Counted from the whole stretch's first letter, positions 1 to 12,027 are shown. The stretch is DNA of 63,973 bases, filler included, from 9 parts of 9 records of this genome joined end to end with filler, not necessarily neighbours in it; one strand, 5' to 3'. Made by a program: numbers and translations. The notes: generated by a model not told the origin, from the sequence alone.

Positions 1-170
1 TCCTCGATGGCGGCGACAAGGGCGGACGCCGGCGCCGATCCTTCGATGACGGCTTCGCCAGTCTCCAGGCTGACCTCGACGACATGATCGACCCCGGTAA
101 CGCCTTGCAGCGCTTCGGTGACGGCCTTGACGCAATGACCGCAGCTCATTCCTTCGACAATCAGTTTCAC
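1..170 (-). CDS. copZ: Copper chaperone / heavy-metal-associated (HMA) domain protein, 3' end outside window
   Basis: Manual translation from GTG at 170: MKLIVEGMSCGHCVKAVTEALQGVTGVDHVVEVSLETGEAVIEG. GMSCGHC is the metal-binding motif; GGAGGA RBS at 178-183 on the minus strand. Not in the ORF track. Confidence 0.85.
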   Translation of the reverse strand, partial: MKLIVEGMSCGHCVKAVTEALQGVTGVDHVVEVSLETGEAVIEGSAPASALVAAIE

Positions 171-214
171 CGTAGTGTCCTCCAAACGATCGTTATAAGG
201 TTTCCGTCCTGGCC

Positions 215-302
215 CAACCCCACCCCAGGGGGGATGGGAATAGCCATCCTTAATCTGATCCATTGAAGGCCGATTGTCAACCCCACCCCTAGGGGGATGG
301 GA
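215..302. promoter_or_regulatory. Two 25-bp C-tract/G-tract pseudo-palindromic repeats (CsoR/RcnR-type operators) flanking a minus-strand promoter
   Basis: CAACCCCACCCCAGGGGGGATGGGA (215-239) and CAACCCCACCCCTAGGGGGATGGGA (278-302). Minus-strand TTGACA-N17-CAGATT lies between/overlapping them, upstream of copZ. Confidence 0.6.
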
Positions 303-498
303 GTGGCATCCGGATATGGATCGCCACGGCGGATCGCCGAACATGGGGAAAATGAAGGCCGATCCCGCAGCAGTCTTGACCTTTGGGGCATGCGCCCGGC
401 ATTCTGTCGTGCCGTCGGAAACGATGGCTTCGCGGGGGAGCGGATATCCTGTAAAATTGTTAATGTTGCATGTCCGAAACTACGGCTAATGGTTTGAT

Positions 499-1086
499 AT
501 GTATCTGTTAATCGATAATTACGACAGCTTCACCTACAACCTTCTCCATTACCTGGGAGAGCTTGGGGCCGAGGTCGCCGTTCACCGCAACGATGCGATC
601 ACGCCCGATGAGGCTTTGGCGCTCGGCCCCCAGGGTATCGTCATTTCCCCGGGCCCGTGCGACCCCGACCGCGCCGGCGTCTGCCTCGAATTGATCGCGG
701 CGGTGGCCGGAAAAGTCCCGATCTTCGGGGTTTGCCTCGGCCATCAATGCATCGGCCAGGCCTTCGGCGGAACCGTCGGGCTGTCACCGAAGCCGATGCA
801 CGGCAAGGTCAGCCAGATCACGAATGTGCAGCGCGGCATGTTCGACGGCGTACCCAGCCCGTTTACGGCGACGCGCTATCATTCGCTGATGGTGGCGCGC
901 GACAATTTCCCCGATTGCCTGGAAATTACCGCCGAAAGCGACGACGGCGTCATCCAGGGCCTCGCCCACAAGACGGAACCGGTGTTCGGCGTGCAGTTCC
1001 ACCCGGAAAGCATCGCGTCGGAGAACGGGCACCGTATTCTCGAAAACTTCCTGAATTTGAGCAGAGACTGGAGGGCGGCGGCATGA
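499..1086 (+). CDS. trpG: Anthranilate synthase component II (glutamine amidotransferase)
   Basis: [36 protein letters not shown] motifs; upstream of trpD/trpC. Confidence 0.95.
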   Translation: MYLLIDNYDSFTYNLLHYLGELGAEVAVHRNDAITPDEALALGPQGIVISPGPCDPDRAGVCLELIAAVAGKVPIFGVCLGHQCIGQAFGGTVGLSPKPMHGKVSQITNVQRGMFDGVPSPFTATRYHSLMVARDNFPDCLEITAESDDGVIQGLAHKTEPVFGVQFHPESIASENGHRILENFLNLSRDWRAAA

Positions 1087-2117
1087 CCGACGGGCCGGAC
1101 ATCATCAAGGCGTTGATCGGCAAGGTCGCCGACGGCACGCCGCTGAGCGAGACCGAAGCCGAATCCGTCTTCGACGTCATCATGTCGGGCGAGGCGACGC
1201 CGGCCCAGATCGGCGCCATTCTGATGGCGCTTCGAATTCGTGGCGAAACGGTCGATGAGATCACCGGCGCCGTCAGGGCGATGCGGGCCAAGGCCCTGAT
1301 GGTCAAGGCGCCGGCGGGCGCCATCGATGTCGTCGGCACCGGCGGCGACGCCAAGGGGACCTTCAACATATCGACGGCGGCGGCCATCGTGACGGCCGGC
1401 GCCGGCGTGCCGGTGGCAAAACACGGCAACCGCGCGGTTTCGTCGAAATCCGGGGCGGCCGACGTGCTGCTGGCGCTCGGCGTCAATCTCGATGCCGACA
1501 TGGCCCTGGTCGAAAAGGCCGTTGCCGAAGCCGGCATCTGTTTCCTGATGGCGCCGCGCCATCACAGCGCCATGCGCCATGTCGGTCCTGTGCGGGGCGA
1601 AATGGGCGTTCGCACCATCTTCAACATCCTCGGCCCCTTGTGCAATCCAGCCGGGGTCAACCGGCAATTCACCGGCGTTTTCGATAGAAAATGGACCGAA
1701 CCGATGGCCCGGACGTTGGGCAAGCTGGGCTGCGAGGCGGCCTGGGTGGTGCACGGATCCGATGGGCTGGACGAACTGACGACGACGGGTCCGACCTACG
1801 TCGCCGAACTGAAAGCCGGCAAGGTAAGTACGTTCGAGGTAAACCCAGCCGATGCCGGTTTGGCGCAGGCAAAACCCGACGAGTTGAACGGCGGCGATGC
1901 CGAATCAAATGCTCACGCCATGCATGCCGTTTTGGGCGGCGAAAAAGGACCCTTGCGCGACGTGACCGTCTTCAACGCCGCCGCCGCCCTGGTTGTCGCC
2001 GGCAAGGCCGGGGACCTCAAGCAAGGGGCTGAAATGGCCGCGGCATCCATCGATTCCGGCAAGGCGCGCAAGGCGCTCGACACCCTGGTCGCCATCACCA
2101 ACGAGGGGGCTTCGTGA
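1083..2117 (+). CDS. trpD: Anthranilate phosphoribosyltransferase
   Basis: [40 protein letters not shown] at 1083 overlaps the trpG stop (ATGA). Confidence 0.96.
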   Translation: MTDGPDIIKALIGKVADGTPLSETEAESVFDVIMSGEATPAQIGAILMALRIRGETVDEITGAVRAMRAKALMVKAPAGAIDVVGTGGDAKGTFNISTAAAIVTAGAGVPVAKHGNRAVSSKSGAADVLLALGVNLDADMALVEKAVAEAGICFLMAPRHHSAMRHVGPVRGEMGVRTIFNILGPLCNPAGVNRQFTGVFDRKWTEPMARTLGKLGCEAAWVVHGSDGLDELTTTGPTYVAELKAGKVSTFEVNPADAGLAQAKPDELNGGDAESNAHAMHAVLGGEKGPLRDVTVFNAAAALVVAGKAGDLKQGAEMAAASIDSGKARKALDTLVAITNEGAS

Positions 2118-2917
2118 GCGACGTCCTGACACGCATTTGCGACGACAAACGGACCCATATCGCCGCCCAAAAGGCGGCACGGCACATGGGCGCCGTGGCC
2201 CAGGCCGCGAAAACGGCGCCGCCGGTGCGGGATTTCGCCGGAAGACTGAAAACCGCCGTTGCCGGTGGCGGCTACGGATTGATTGCCGAAATCAAGAAGG
2301 CGAGCCCATCGAAGGGCCTGATCCGTGAGGACTTCGATCCGCCGACCCTGGCCCGCGCCTATGAGAGCGGCGGCGCGTCGTGCCTGTCGGTACTGACCGA
2401 TGCGCCCTATTTCCAGGGCGCCGACGCGTACCTTTGCGAAGCCCGCAAGGCGGTCGCCCTGCCCGTGCTGCGCAAGGATTTCATGCTCGATCCGTACCAG
2501 GTGCTGGAATCCCGGGCCCTTGGCGCCGACTGCATCCTGATCATCCTGGCCGCCGTCGACGACGGTCAGGCCGGGGAACTGGCGGCCGCGGCCGGCGAAT
2601 ACGGCATGGACGTTCTGGTCGAGGTCCATAACGAGGCCGAGATGGAGCGGGCGCTTGGCCTGGAAGCGGGCCTGATCGGCATCAACAACCGCAATCTCAA
2701 GACCCTGGACGTCGATTTGGCGACAACCGAACGCTTGGCGCCACGCGTGCCCAAGAACCGCACCGTCGTTTGCGAAAGCGGCATTTACGCGCCGTCCGAT
2801 CTGGCCCGCATGTCGAAAATCGGCGCCAATTGTTTTCTGATCGGCGAATCATTGATGCGGCAAGCCGATGTCGAGGCCGCGACGCGGGCGCTTCTGGCCG
2901 CCGAGCCGGCTGAATAG
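2114..2917 (+). CDS. trpC: Indole-3-glycerol phosphate synthase
   Basis: [34 protein letters not shown] motifs. Confidence 0.96.
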   Translation: MSDVLTRICDDKRTHIAAQKAARHMGAVAQAAKTAPPVRDFAGRLKTAVAGGGYGLIAEIKKASPSKGLIREDFDPPTLARAYESGGASCLSVLTDAPYFQGADAYLCEARKAVALPVLRKDFMLDPYQVLESRALGADCILIILAAVDDGQAGELAAAAGEYGMDVLVEVHNEAEMERALGLEAGLIGINNRNLKTLDVDLATTERLAPRVPKNRTVVCESGIYAPSDLARMSKIGANCFLIGESLMRQADVEAATRALLAAEPAE

Positions 2918-2928
2918 GCGGGAAATTC

Positions 2929-3405
2929 ATGGCCGACCTGACCCATTTCGACGCCGATGGAAACGCCCGCATGGTCGACGTTTCGGAAAAAAACGTCACC
3001 GAACGCACGGCCACGGCCAAGGGCAGCGTGATCATGCAGCCCGAAACGCTGCAGAAAATCCTCGCCGGCGGCGTCAAAAAGGGCGACGTGCTGTCGATCG
3101 CCCAACTGGCCGGCATCATGGGCGCCAAACGCACGCCCGATCTGATCCCGCTGTGCCATCCGCTGCCGCTTGACGGTGTCGACGTGGCGCTTTCCTGCGA
3201 TGCCACACGCAACGCCGTCGACATAACCGCCACCTGTCGCGTCAAAGGACGCACCGGTGTCGAAATGGAGGCGCTGACCGCCGTGTCGGTGGCAGCGCTG
3301 ACCGTTTACGACATGTGCAAATCGGTCGACCGCGCCATGCACATCGCGGATATCCGCCTGATCCACAAGGCCGGCGGCAAGTCCGGCACCTTCGAAGCAG
3401 AATAG
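2929..3405 (+). CDS. moaC: Cyclic pyranopterin monophosphate synthase
   Basis: [36 protein letters not shown] motifs. Confidence 0.96.
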   Translation: MADLTHFDADGNARMVDVSEKNVTERTATAKGSVIMQPETLQKILAGGVKKGDVLSIAQLAGIMGAKRTPDLIPLCHPLPLDGVDVALSCDATRNAVDITATCRVKGRTGVEMEALTAVSVAALTVYDMCKSVDRAMHIADIRLIHKAGGKSGTFEAE

Positions 3406-3418
3406 AGACCGAACAAGA

Positions 3419-4633
3419 ATGATCCCCGTCGCCGAAGCCGTCGCCAACGTCGTTTCCGGATTTTCCCAAGTCGGCACCGAAAAAATCGCCCTGGGTGAAG
3501 CGTTGAACCGCATCCTCGCCGAAGACGTCGCCGCCCGGATGAACATGCCGCCGGTCGACGTTTCGGCCATGGACGGTTATGCCGTGCGCGCCGAAGACGT
3601 CGGCGACGTTCCGGTCACCCTGGAACAAATCGGTGAATCGGCGGCCGGCAACGGCTTTGCCGGGGCCATCGGACCCGGCCAGTGCACGCGCATCTTTACC
3701 GGCGCGCCGGTGCCCGCGGGCGCCAACGCCATCGTCATCCAGGAGGATACGGAACGGGCCGGCAATGCTATCACCATCCGGGAGCCTGTCACGCCCGGGC
3801 GATGGGTCCGCCCGGCCGGTCTGGATTTTTCCGAGGGCGAGGTCTTGCTTAAGGCCGGAACCCTGTTGGCCGGCCGCCATATCGGGCTGGCCGCCGCCAT
3901 GAACGTGCCCCGCGTCACGGTGCGCAAACAGCCGCGCATCGCGCTATTGGCCACCGGCGACGAGCTAGTTCTTCCGGGCGAGCCGATCGGCCCGCACCAG
4001 ATCGTCAGTTCCAACAGCCTGGCGCTGGCGGCTTACGTGCGGGAATGGGGTGGCCAACCGCAGGATCTGGGCATCGCGCGCGACACGGTCGATTCACTGC
4101 GCGAAAAGCTGGCCGATGCCAAAGGCGCCGACCTGCTGGTCACCATCGGCGGCGCCTCGGTCGGCGATCACGACCTGGTCCGCAAGGTGTTGGACGGCGA
4201 AGGCTTCGAGATGAACTTCTACCGGGTCGCCATGCGGCCGGGAAAACCGCTGATCTTCGGGCGGCTCGGCACCATGCCGGTGTTGGGCCTGCCGGGCAAC
4301 CCGGTTTCCGTCGGCGTCACCTCGGCCATCTTCCTGAAGGCCGCCATTCGCATCATGCTGGGGCTCGAAAGCGCCGAAGAAAAGCCGCAGACGGCGCTGT
4401 TGGGCCGTGATCTGGCCGCCAACGACCAGCGCCAGGACTATCTGCGTTCGCGATTGGGCAACGATGCGGCGGGAAGACGCACCGCGACGCCGTTCGAGCG
4501 CCAGGACAGCGCCATGATGGCCCGTTTCGCCGCCGCCGACTGCCTGATCATCCGGGCCCCGCACGCGCCGCCGGCCAAGGCCGGCGAGACGGTGGAAATC
4601 ATGCCGCTCGGGCTCGGTGTCATGTCCGACTGA
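3419..4633 (+). CDS. moeA: Molybdopterin molybdenumtransferase
   Basis: SAMDGYA, RIFTGAPVP, TGDEL, GGASVGD, MRPGKP, LPGNPVS motifs. Confidence 0.95.
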   Translation: MIPVAEAVANVVSGFSQVGTEKIALGEALNRILAEDVAARMNMPPVDVSAMDGYAVRAEDVGDVPVTLEQIGESAAGNGFAGAIGPGQCTRIFTGAPVPAGANAIVIQEDTERAGNAITIREPVTPGRWVRPAGLDFSEGEVLLKAGTLLAGRHIGLAAAMNVPRVTVRKQPRIALLATGDELVLPGEPIGPHQIVSSNSLALAAYVREWGGQPQDLGIARDTVDSLREKLADAKGADLLVTIGGASVGDHDLVRKVLDGEGFEMNFYRVAMRPGKPLIFGRLGTMPVLGLPGNPVSVGVTSAIFLKAAIRIMLGLESAEEKPQTALLGRDLAANDQRQDYLRSRLGNDAAGRRTATPFERQDSAMMARFAAADCLIIRAPHAPPAKAGETVEIMPLGLGVMSD

Positions 4634-4690
4634 GCGCTATCGCGCAGTCAGCATACGAAAACCCAAAAAAAACGCCTTGACCGCCAATGA

Positions 4691-4705
4691 GAACTAAACT
4701 AGAAC
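4691..4705 (+). promoter_or_regulatory. Alphaproteobacterial LexA box (GAAC-N7-GAAC)
   Basis: GAACTAAACTAGAAC directly upstream of lexA. Confidence 0.85.
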
Positions 4706-4836
4706 ATGTGCGGGCGTTTGCCTTTTGTTCTACATTTTGTGTTTGCAGTCTCGCCCCGGTGCCAAACCGTCCATAAGGCGCCTATTTTGCGCCGACGGAA
4801 CAGTGAACGGGAAGACCGCCAGTCGGGAGCCGATTG

Positions 4837-5541
4837 ATGTTGACGCGCAAGCAGTACGAATTGCTGGTATTCATTAATGACTATCTGAAAAACAAGGGCC
4901 TGTCGCCTTCCTTCGAGGAGATGAAGGACGCGCTCGGGCTGCGTTCGAAATCGGGAATTCACCGCCTGATCACCGGCCTCGAGGAACGCGGCTTCATCCG
5001 CCACCTGCCGCACCGGGCCCGTGCGTTGGAAGTCCTGAAACTGCCGGAAAACTTCGGCTCTCCGGAAACGGCCGAAACCGCACAGACCGAATTCTCGCCC
5101 AATGTCATCCGCGGCGACTTCAAACCGTCGGTGAAACCGGCGCAAGAGGTGCTCAACGAAACCGTCGAACTGCCGCTTTACGGCCTGATCGCCGCCGGCA
5201 CACCGATCGAGGCGCTGCGCGATCATTCCAATTCCGTCGAAGTGCCGCCGTCGCTTCTCGGCGCCGGCGAACATTACGCGCTTAGCGTCGACGGCGATTC
5301 GATGGTCGAAGCCGGCATCGAGGATGGCGATACGATCATTATCCAGCGGTGCGACACCGCCGACAACGGCACCATCGTCGTCGCCCTGGTCGAAAACAAC
5401 GAGGTAACGCTGAAGCGCATCCGCAGACGCGGCGCCTCGATCGCGCTCGAACCCGCCAACAAGAACTACGAAACCCGCATCTTCGGCCCCGACCAGGTCG
5501 CCGTGCAGGGCAAGCTGGTGGGGCTGATCCGCAAATACTGA
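4837..5541 (+). CDS. lexA: SOS repressor LexA
   Basis: [36 protein letters not shown] cleavage site, GDSM and VTLK catalytic motifs. Confidence 0.97.
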   Translation: MLTRKQYELLVFINDYLKNKGLSPSFEEMKDALGLRSKSGIHRLITGLEERGFIRHLPHRARALEVLKLPENFGSPETAETAQTEFSPNVIRGDFKPSVKPAQEVLNETVELPLYGLIAAGTPIEALRDHSNSVEVPPSLLGAGEHYALSVDGDSMVEAGIEDGDTIIIQRCDTADNGTIVVALVENNEVTLKRIRRRGASIALEPANKNYETRIFGPDQVAVQGKLVGLIRKY

Positions 5542-5566
5542 TCTGTTGCGGCCGACCCCGGACGTA

Positions 5567-5591
5567 AAAAAGGGGGCGGAATTCCGCCCCC
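5567..5591. terminator. GC-rich hairpin between convergent lexA and SPW genes
   Basis: AAAAAGGGGGCGGAATTCCGCCCC inverted repeat with an A tract (U tract on the minus strand). Confidence 0.5.
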
Positions 5592-5640
5592 TCGATGCGG
5601 CACTCTGCCGCAATCAGGTTGGGTTGCCCCCTGATCTGCG

Positions 5641-6003
5641 TCAGGCGTGGGCCTTCTTCTCGTGGATTTCGAAAATGGACCAGATAGCCATCAGGCCGAC
5701 CAGCATGCCGACCACGATTCCGCTCCAGACCACGGTGCCGGTTACGGCGAAGCCGAGCACCCACGGTGCAATAATCAGCCAAACGCCGAAAGCGACACTC
5801 ACCCACTCTTCCCACTCGTGAAACGCCACCAGGGCGGAGGCGGCGGCAACCACGATAATGATGCCCATGACGTGGGCATTCCACATGGCCGCGGGAACCG
5901 GCGTGTCGGCCAGAACCCAGGGCGAGACAAACAGCCAAACGCCCAGGATCAGATTGGCGACGTCGCGCCAGTTGCCTTTGAGGGTTTGTGCTGCGCTACT
6001 CAT
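5641..6003 (-). CDS. SPW repeat membrane protein
   Basis: Two repeats LGVWLFVSPWVL / FGVWLIIAPWVLGF; four hydrophobic segments; GGAGGA RBS. Confidence 0.85.
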   Translation of the reverse strand: MSSAAQTLKGNWRDVANLILGVWLFVSPWVLADTPVPAAMWNAHVMGIIIVVAAASALVAFHEWEEWVSVAFGVWLIIAPWVLGFAVTGTVVWSGIVVGMLVGLMAIWSIFEIHEKKAHA

Positions 6004-6198
6004 CACATCCTCCTTTTCGAAGCGACATGTAACGCGTCGGGGACATGTAACGCGTCTGGCCCGACCGACGCCGGGCCCAGCCGGAAACGATCACGCCGTT
6101 TCCGGTACAAATGATCTTGGCGGATTCTTCGACGCAGTCAATGCCACCCGATGAGACTAGTTCTCAATACCAACAATAAGCTGTCGGATCAGCCGCCG

Positions 6199-6885
6199 TC
6201 AGCCCTGCTCGGGCAGGAAACGGACCGTGCCGTACCAGGCTTCGCCCGTTTCGGCCCGATCGTCGCAATCGGTCATGATGGCGACGGCGTCGATGAAGTC
6301 GACCTCGAGATCGAAATAGCGCCTGAAATCGGCCCGCAGGTTGCGCCGCTGGCTCACCCAGGGCACGGACAGGTCCGGTTCGCCGGATTGCACGGCGATC
6401 ACGCGGGATTGCGATGCGTAGGCATTCGGCCAGTCGGTGCCGGCCGGCATGCCGCTGGCCCAGACATAGTTGATCGCCCGCGTCCGCCACTTCATCAAGC
6501 CGCCGTCACGGACAAAATAAAGCCGGGCCGGATAATCGTCGCCGGATTTCTGCCGCTCGTCGACGGCCGCATCGAATGCCGCCGCGACGCCCCAGGACCA
6601 TTCGATAACCGGGGTTTCGCGAAGATCGATCCGGCGCTTCAGGACCAGCCCGGATGCGGAGCCATTACAGGAAGCCCTGATCGCGTCGAGGCCGCCGATG
6701 CGGGCCAGGTCGTAGCGGGTCGTGCCGCGGAACACCTGTGGCTTGCCGGCCAGTATATCGGCCGGCGCCAGGGTGACGGTTTCCGCCGCGGCCGCCACCG
6801 TCAGAAAGGCGAACAGAACGATGGGGAGCACGCCTGTTGTGCGCACTCCCCGTATGCAAAGGGCCGTGGTGGCATCGTTCACCAT
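6199..6885 (-). CDS. DUF3047 family exported protein
   Basis: DER.KSGDDYPARLY, RAINYVWAS, WPNAY, AVAIMTDCD motifs; start position uncertain. Confidence 0.8.
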   Translation of the reverse strand: MVNDATTALCIRGVRTTGVLPIVLFAFLTVAAAAETVTLAPADILAGKPQVFRGTTRYDLARIGGLDAIRASCNGSASGLVLKRRIDLRETPVIEWSWGVAAAFDAAVDERQKSGDDYPARLYFVRDGGLMKWRTRAINYVWASGMPAGTDWPNAYASQSRVIAVQSGEPDLSVPWVSQRRNLRADFRRYFDLEVDFIDAVAIMTDCDDRAETGEAWYGTVRFLPEQG

Positions 6886-6932
6886 GGAACCTGATGTGGC
6901 CCCTGGCGCCCGGTTTTCCAATGCCGCGTTCG

Positions 6933-7373
6933 TCAAAGCCGCAATTGCAGTTGCGGCAAACCGTTCGACGTTTTCTCGGCGGTGACACCACGTCCATCGA
7001 CGGTGCAGGTAACGCGACTGCGGAAAGAAGAGAAGCTTTCGAAGGTCACCACATCCACCGGTTCGTCGAAATCCAGTGTGATCCGGAACCGGCCCGGGGC
7101 CGAAAGGGTCTGCACGCCGATCACCTCGGCGGCGAAGGCCTGGCCGAGATAGTGCCCCTGAACCGTCTGGCCCAAGGTTATCGGGCTTGGCGGTGGACGG
7201 TTGCCGATGGCGGCGTGCAGGGTGTTCCAGTCCTTGTAGCCGTATTGGCTGGCCAGCAGTTCCAGTGACTTGCCGTGGCCGACCGGTTGGCCGTCGGCCT
7301 CCAGCCTGGCCCGCAGGCGCTTGGCCTGATCCTTCAGATCCTCGATCGAGGGTAGCGGGGAAGATCCATTCAT
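6933..7373 (-). CDS. Glyoxalase-superfamily-associated protein
   Basis: N-terminal LKDQAKRLRARL...SLELLASQYGYKDWNTLHA and C-terminal FDEPVDVVTFESFSSFRSRV signature. Confidence 0.7.
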   Translation of the reverse strand: MNGSSPLPSIEDLKDQAKRLRARLEADGQPVGHGKSLELLASQYGYKDWNTLHAAIGNRPPPSPITLGQTVQGHYLGQAFAAEVIGVQTLSAPGRFRITLDFDEPVDVVTFESFSSFRSRVTCTVDGRGVTAEKTSNGLPQLQLRL

Positions 7374-7557
7374 GGGAGTGCCTCATACAGTAAACGCATG
7401 CGGGGAATGGATGGGGCTCGCATTGCCATCGGACCGCATGACACTGAATTCGGCCGATTGGATCCTGAATGATCGAAGGCTTCACCATGGGCTTTTCGCC
7501 CGCGAGCGGCAGGGGCCTTCGCCCTTGCGCCCGATATAGAAGCCCCAATGGCGCTTG

Positions 7558-9986
<2,429 letters not shown>

Positions 9987-10086
9987 NNNNNNNNNNNNNN
10001 NNNNNNNNNNNNNNNNNNNNNNNNNNNNNNTTAATTAATTAANNNNNNNNNNNNNNNNNNNNNNNNNNNNNNNNNNNNNNNNNNNN
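9987..10086. other. Artificial contig-joining spacer; same spacer at 20160-20259, 28657-28756, 33876-33975, 41539-41638, 47817-47916, 52945-53044, 58717-58816
   Basis: N runs with a central TTAATTAATTAA (stops in all frames); gene content, and often base composition, changes across each spacer. Confidence 0.98.
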
Positions 10087-10141
10087 GTAAGCCACCGGGT
10101 TTTGATCCCGGCATTCACAGGTTCGAATCCTGTCACCGTAG
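10087..10141 (+). tRNA. tRNA-Gln(TTG), 5'-truncated
   Basis: Anticodon arm CCGGG-TTTTGAT-CCCGG; T arm ACAGG-TTCGAAT-CCTGT. Confidence 0.85.
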
Positions 10142-10164
10142 TACTAAATAAAAAGAGGGAAAGT

Positions 10165-10509
10165 ATGCGGAAAAAACATGTAATGATCCATACGGGGTGT
10201 CTGGTTCTGGTACTGCTCGGCCTGATCTTCGGCCTGCTAGTGTCCATCAGCTCCTGCCAGATCATGAATCAGGATACAGCCACTGTAGTGGTTACCGGGA
10301 AGACTCGCATCCACAGTGGAGACACAGGGAAATATCTCATCTTCACAGAAGATGAAACCTTCGAGAATACCGATAATCTGTTCGCCCGGAAGTTCAACTC
10401 TTCGGATGTATACGGAAAGATTCAGTCGGGAAAAACTTACCGCTTCCGAGTGGGTGGTAAGAGAATTCCAATCTTATCAATGTACCGAAATATTCTCTCG
10501 ATTGAGTAG
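10165..10509 (+). CDS. DUF1523-like membrane-anchored phage protein
   Basis: N-terminal TM then KYLIFT..ETFENTD.LF..KFNSSDVY...GKTY.F.V.G.RIP.LSMYRNI; AGAGGG RBS. Confidence 0.7.
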   Translation: MRKKHVMIHTGCLVLVLLGLIFGLLVSISSCQIMNQDTATVVVTGKTRIHSGDTGKYLIFTEDETFENTDNLFARKFNSSDVYGKIQSGKTYRFRVGGKRIPILSMYRNILSIE

Positions 10510-10516
10510 AGATAAC

Positions 10517-10589
10517 GTGGGTTTAGCTCAGATGGTAGAGCATCAGGTTTCCACCCTGATTGTCACGGGTTCGATCCCCGTAACCCACT
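10517..10589 (+). tRNA. tRNA-Gly(TCC)
   Basis: Acceptor GTGGGTT/AACCCAC, D arm GCTC/GAGC, anticodon arm TCAGG-TTTCCAC-CCTGA, T loop TTCGATC; CCA not encoded. Confidence 0.92.
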
Positions 10590-10689
10590 AACTGCCCGCA
10601 TAAGCAGTTTCCTTAGGCTTAACCGTCTAATGCCCTTTATGTTTTAACCTCCTGGTAACGGTTTGGCAGTTCCGCAAAAACTGTCACCC

Positions 10690-10762
10690 GGCAAGGTAGT
10701 AGAGAGGTCTACACCATGACCTAAAAGTCTTGGAAATGCAGGTTCGACTCCTGCCCCTGCCA
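10690..10762 (+). ncRNA. Atypical tRNA-like RNA (extended anticodon stem, 6-nt loop CTAAAA)
   Basis: Acceptor GGCAAGG/CCCTGCC, D GTAG/CTAC, arm CCATGAC-CTAAAA-GTCTTGG, T GCAGG-TTCGACT-CCTGC. Confidence 0.75.
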
Positions 10763-10809
10763 TAAGTGATTTGTAGCTACATCACAGAGAAAATGAATGA
10801 GGAGAAGTC

Positions 10810-11061
10810 ATGGAGAAACGGACAAAGTACACGATTACCGCAGTGGTGATCTATACGGTCTTTGCTCTTGTAGGAGTAGGGGTTCAGTACTTCTACGGCC
10901 TTACGATTCAGCCTGAGCTGGCAGTCCAGCAGGCTGATCCCAATGGCTCAATAACGGGTCTGGTTGCTTCAGGAATGAACTTCCAGAGGATCTTTCAGAT
11001 CGCAGGGATGGTGGTATCACTCATCTATGCAGTTGTAGTTACAAGGAAGAAAAAGAAATGA
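10810..11061 (+). CDS. Small two-TM membrane protein
   Basis: GAGGAG RBS; two hydrophobic helices; overlaps the SPFH gene start. Confidence 0.75.
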   Translation: MEKRTKYTITAVVIYTVFALVGVGVQYFYGLTIQPELAVQQADPNGSITGLVASGMNFQRIFQIAGMVVSLIYAVVVTRKKKK

Positions 11062-12026
11062 AGAAATTTACGCTGGCCGTAATGGTCCTTTTTATTGCAC
11101 TTGGTGCAAGTTCCTGTCGTAGACCTTACGACAAGCCCGAATATGTAGATATTCTGCCCAATGAAACCGCGTTTGTGGTTCCTCTGGAAGCTCAGACTCT
11201 CGATGGTCAAGCACAGGTGAGATCCCTCGCCTTTTTAGAAGAGTCCAAGGTTCAGTCCAAGAGAATCAGGATTCCCCACCGCTGGAGCCAGACTGGAAGA
11301 CACCATTTTCAGGGTGAATATCTGCCCACCATGCAGGTTATTAAAGTTGATAGATCCCCGGTATCCCGTGAATGGACCGCGAGCTCCAGCAGTGGTACAT
11401 CCAATAAGGCACAGGCTATCTGGGTGGAATCCTCGGACTCCATCGAGTTTAGTATGGCGATTTCCATGACAGCACAGATTCTTGAAGAGGATACAGCTAT
11501 CTTCCTGTACCGCTTTTCTGGAAGGTCACTGGCCGAAGTTATGGATTCCGATCTGAGGTCTGCGGTAATGACTGAAATGAATGCAGAGTTTGGTAGTCAG
11601 AAGCTGTCTGAGGCCACCCTGAAAAAGGTGGTGCTGGTAACCTCTATGAAAAAGAAAGTTACCGAATTGGCTAAAGAGTGGGGGATTACCATCACTACCT
11701 GTGGCTCTGCCGGGGGTATGGTGTATCGTGACTCCGAAATCCAGAAGCAGATCAATGATGCCTTCAAGGCTGAGAAAAAGATCTACATCAAGGACCAGTT
11801 GAAACTGGCAAATGATAAGGTGCGGCTTGATAAACTGGCAGACGCGACGAACGCCACAGCCATCGCCAACGAATGGGCCAAAACAGCCGCTATTCAGGAG
11901 CGTAAAACAAGACTGGAAATCGACAGAATGGAAGCTGAAGCCAAGCTGAAGTGGACAGGTTGCTACCCTGAGAAGATGATGGTACTCCCTGAAGGGAATC
12001 CGCTCCTGCTGAGTCCCGGAGCTTAA
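11058..12026 (+). CDS. SPFH/Band-7-like lipoprotein
   Basis: Signal with lipobox-like ASSC; central VESSDSIEFSM..SMTA.I....A..FLYRF.G.SL.EVMD...WGITIT domain; coiled-coil tail. Confidence 0.7.
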   Translation: MKKFTLAVMVLFIALGASSCRRPYDKPEYVDILPNETAFVVPLEAQTLDGQAQVRSLAFLEESKVQSKRIRIPHRWSQTGRHHFQGEYLPTMQVIKVDRSPVSREWTASSSSGTSNKAQAIWVESSDSIEFSMAISMTAQILEEDTAIFLYRFSGRSLAEVMDSDLRSAVMTEMNAEFGSQKLSEATLKKVVLVTSMKKKVTELAKEWGITITTCGSAGGMVYRDSEIQKQINDAFKAEKKIYIKDQLKLANDKVRLDKLADATNATAIANEWAKTAAIQERKTRLEIDRMEAEAKLKWTGCYPEKMMVLPEGNPLLLSPGA

Positions 12027-12027
12027 T

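Noticed and set aside
657-1082. N-terminal extension of TrpD in the ORF track
   Set aside because: It overlaps trpG in another frame; the real start is ATG 1083.
6886-7548. 449-aa version of the DUF3047 ORF
   Set aside because: The extension overlaps the glyoxalase-like gene in another frame; this is a GC-rich open-frame artefact.
10690-10762. Pyrrolysine tRNA
   Set aside because: It has a standard GG-containing D loop and TTCGA T loop, and lacks the CTCTAAA loop and short connectors of tRNA-Pyl.
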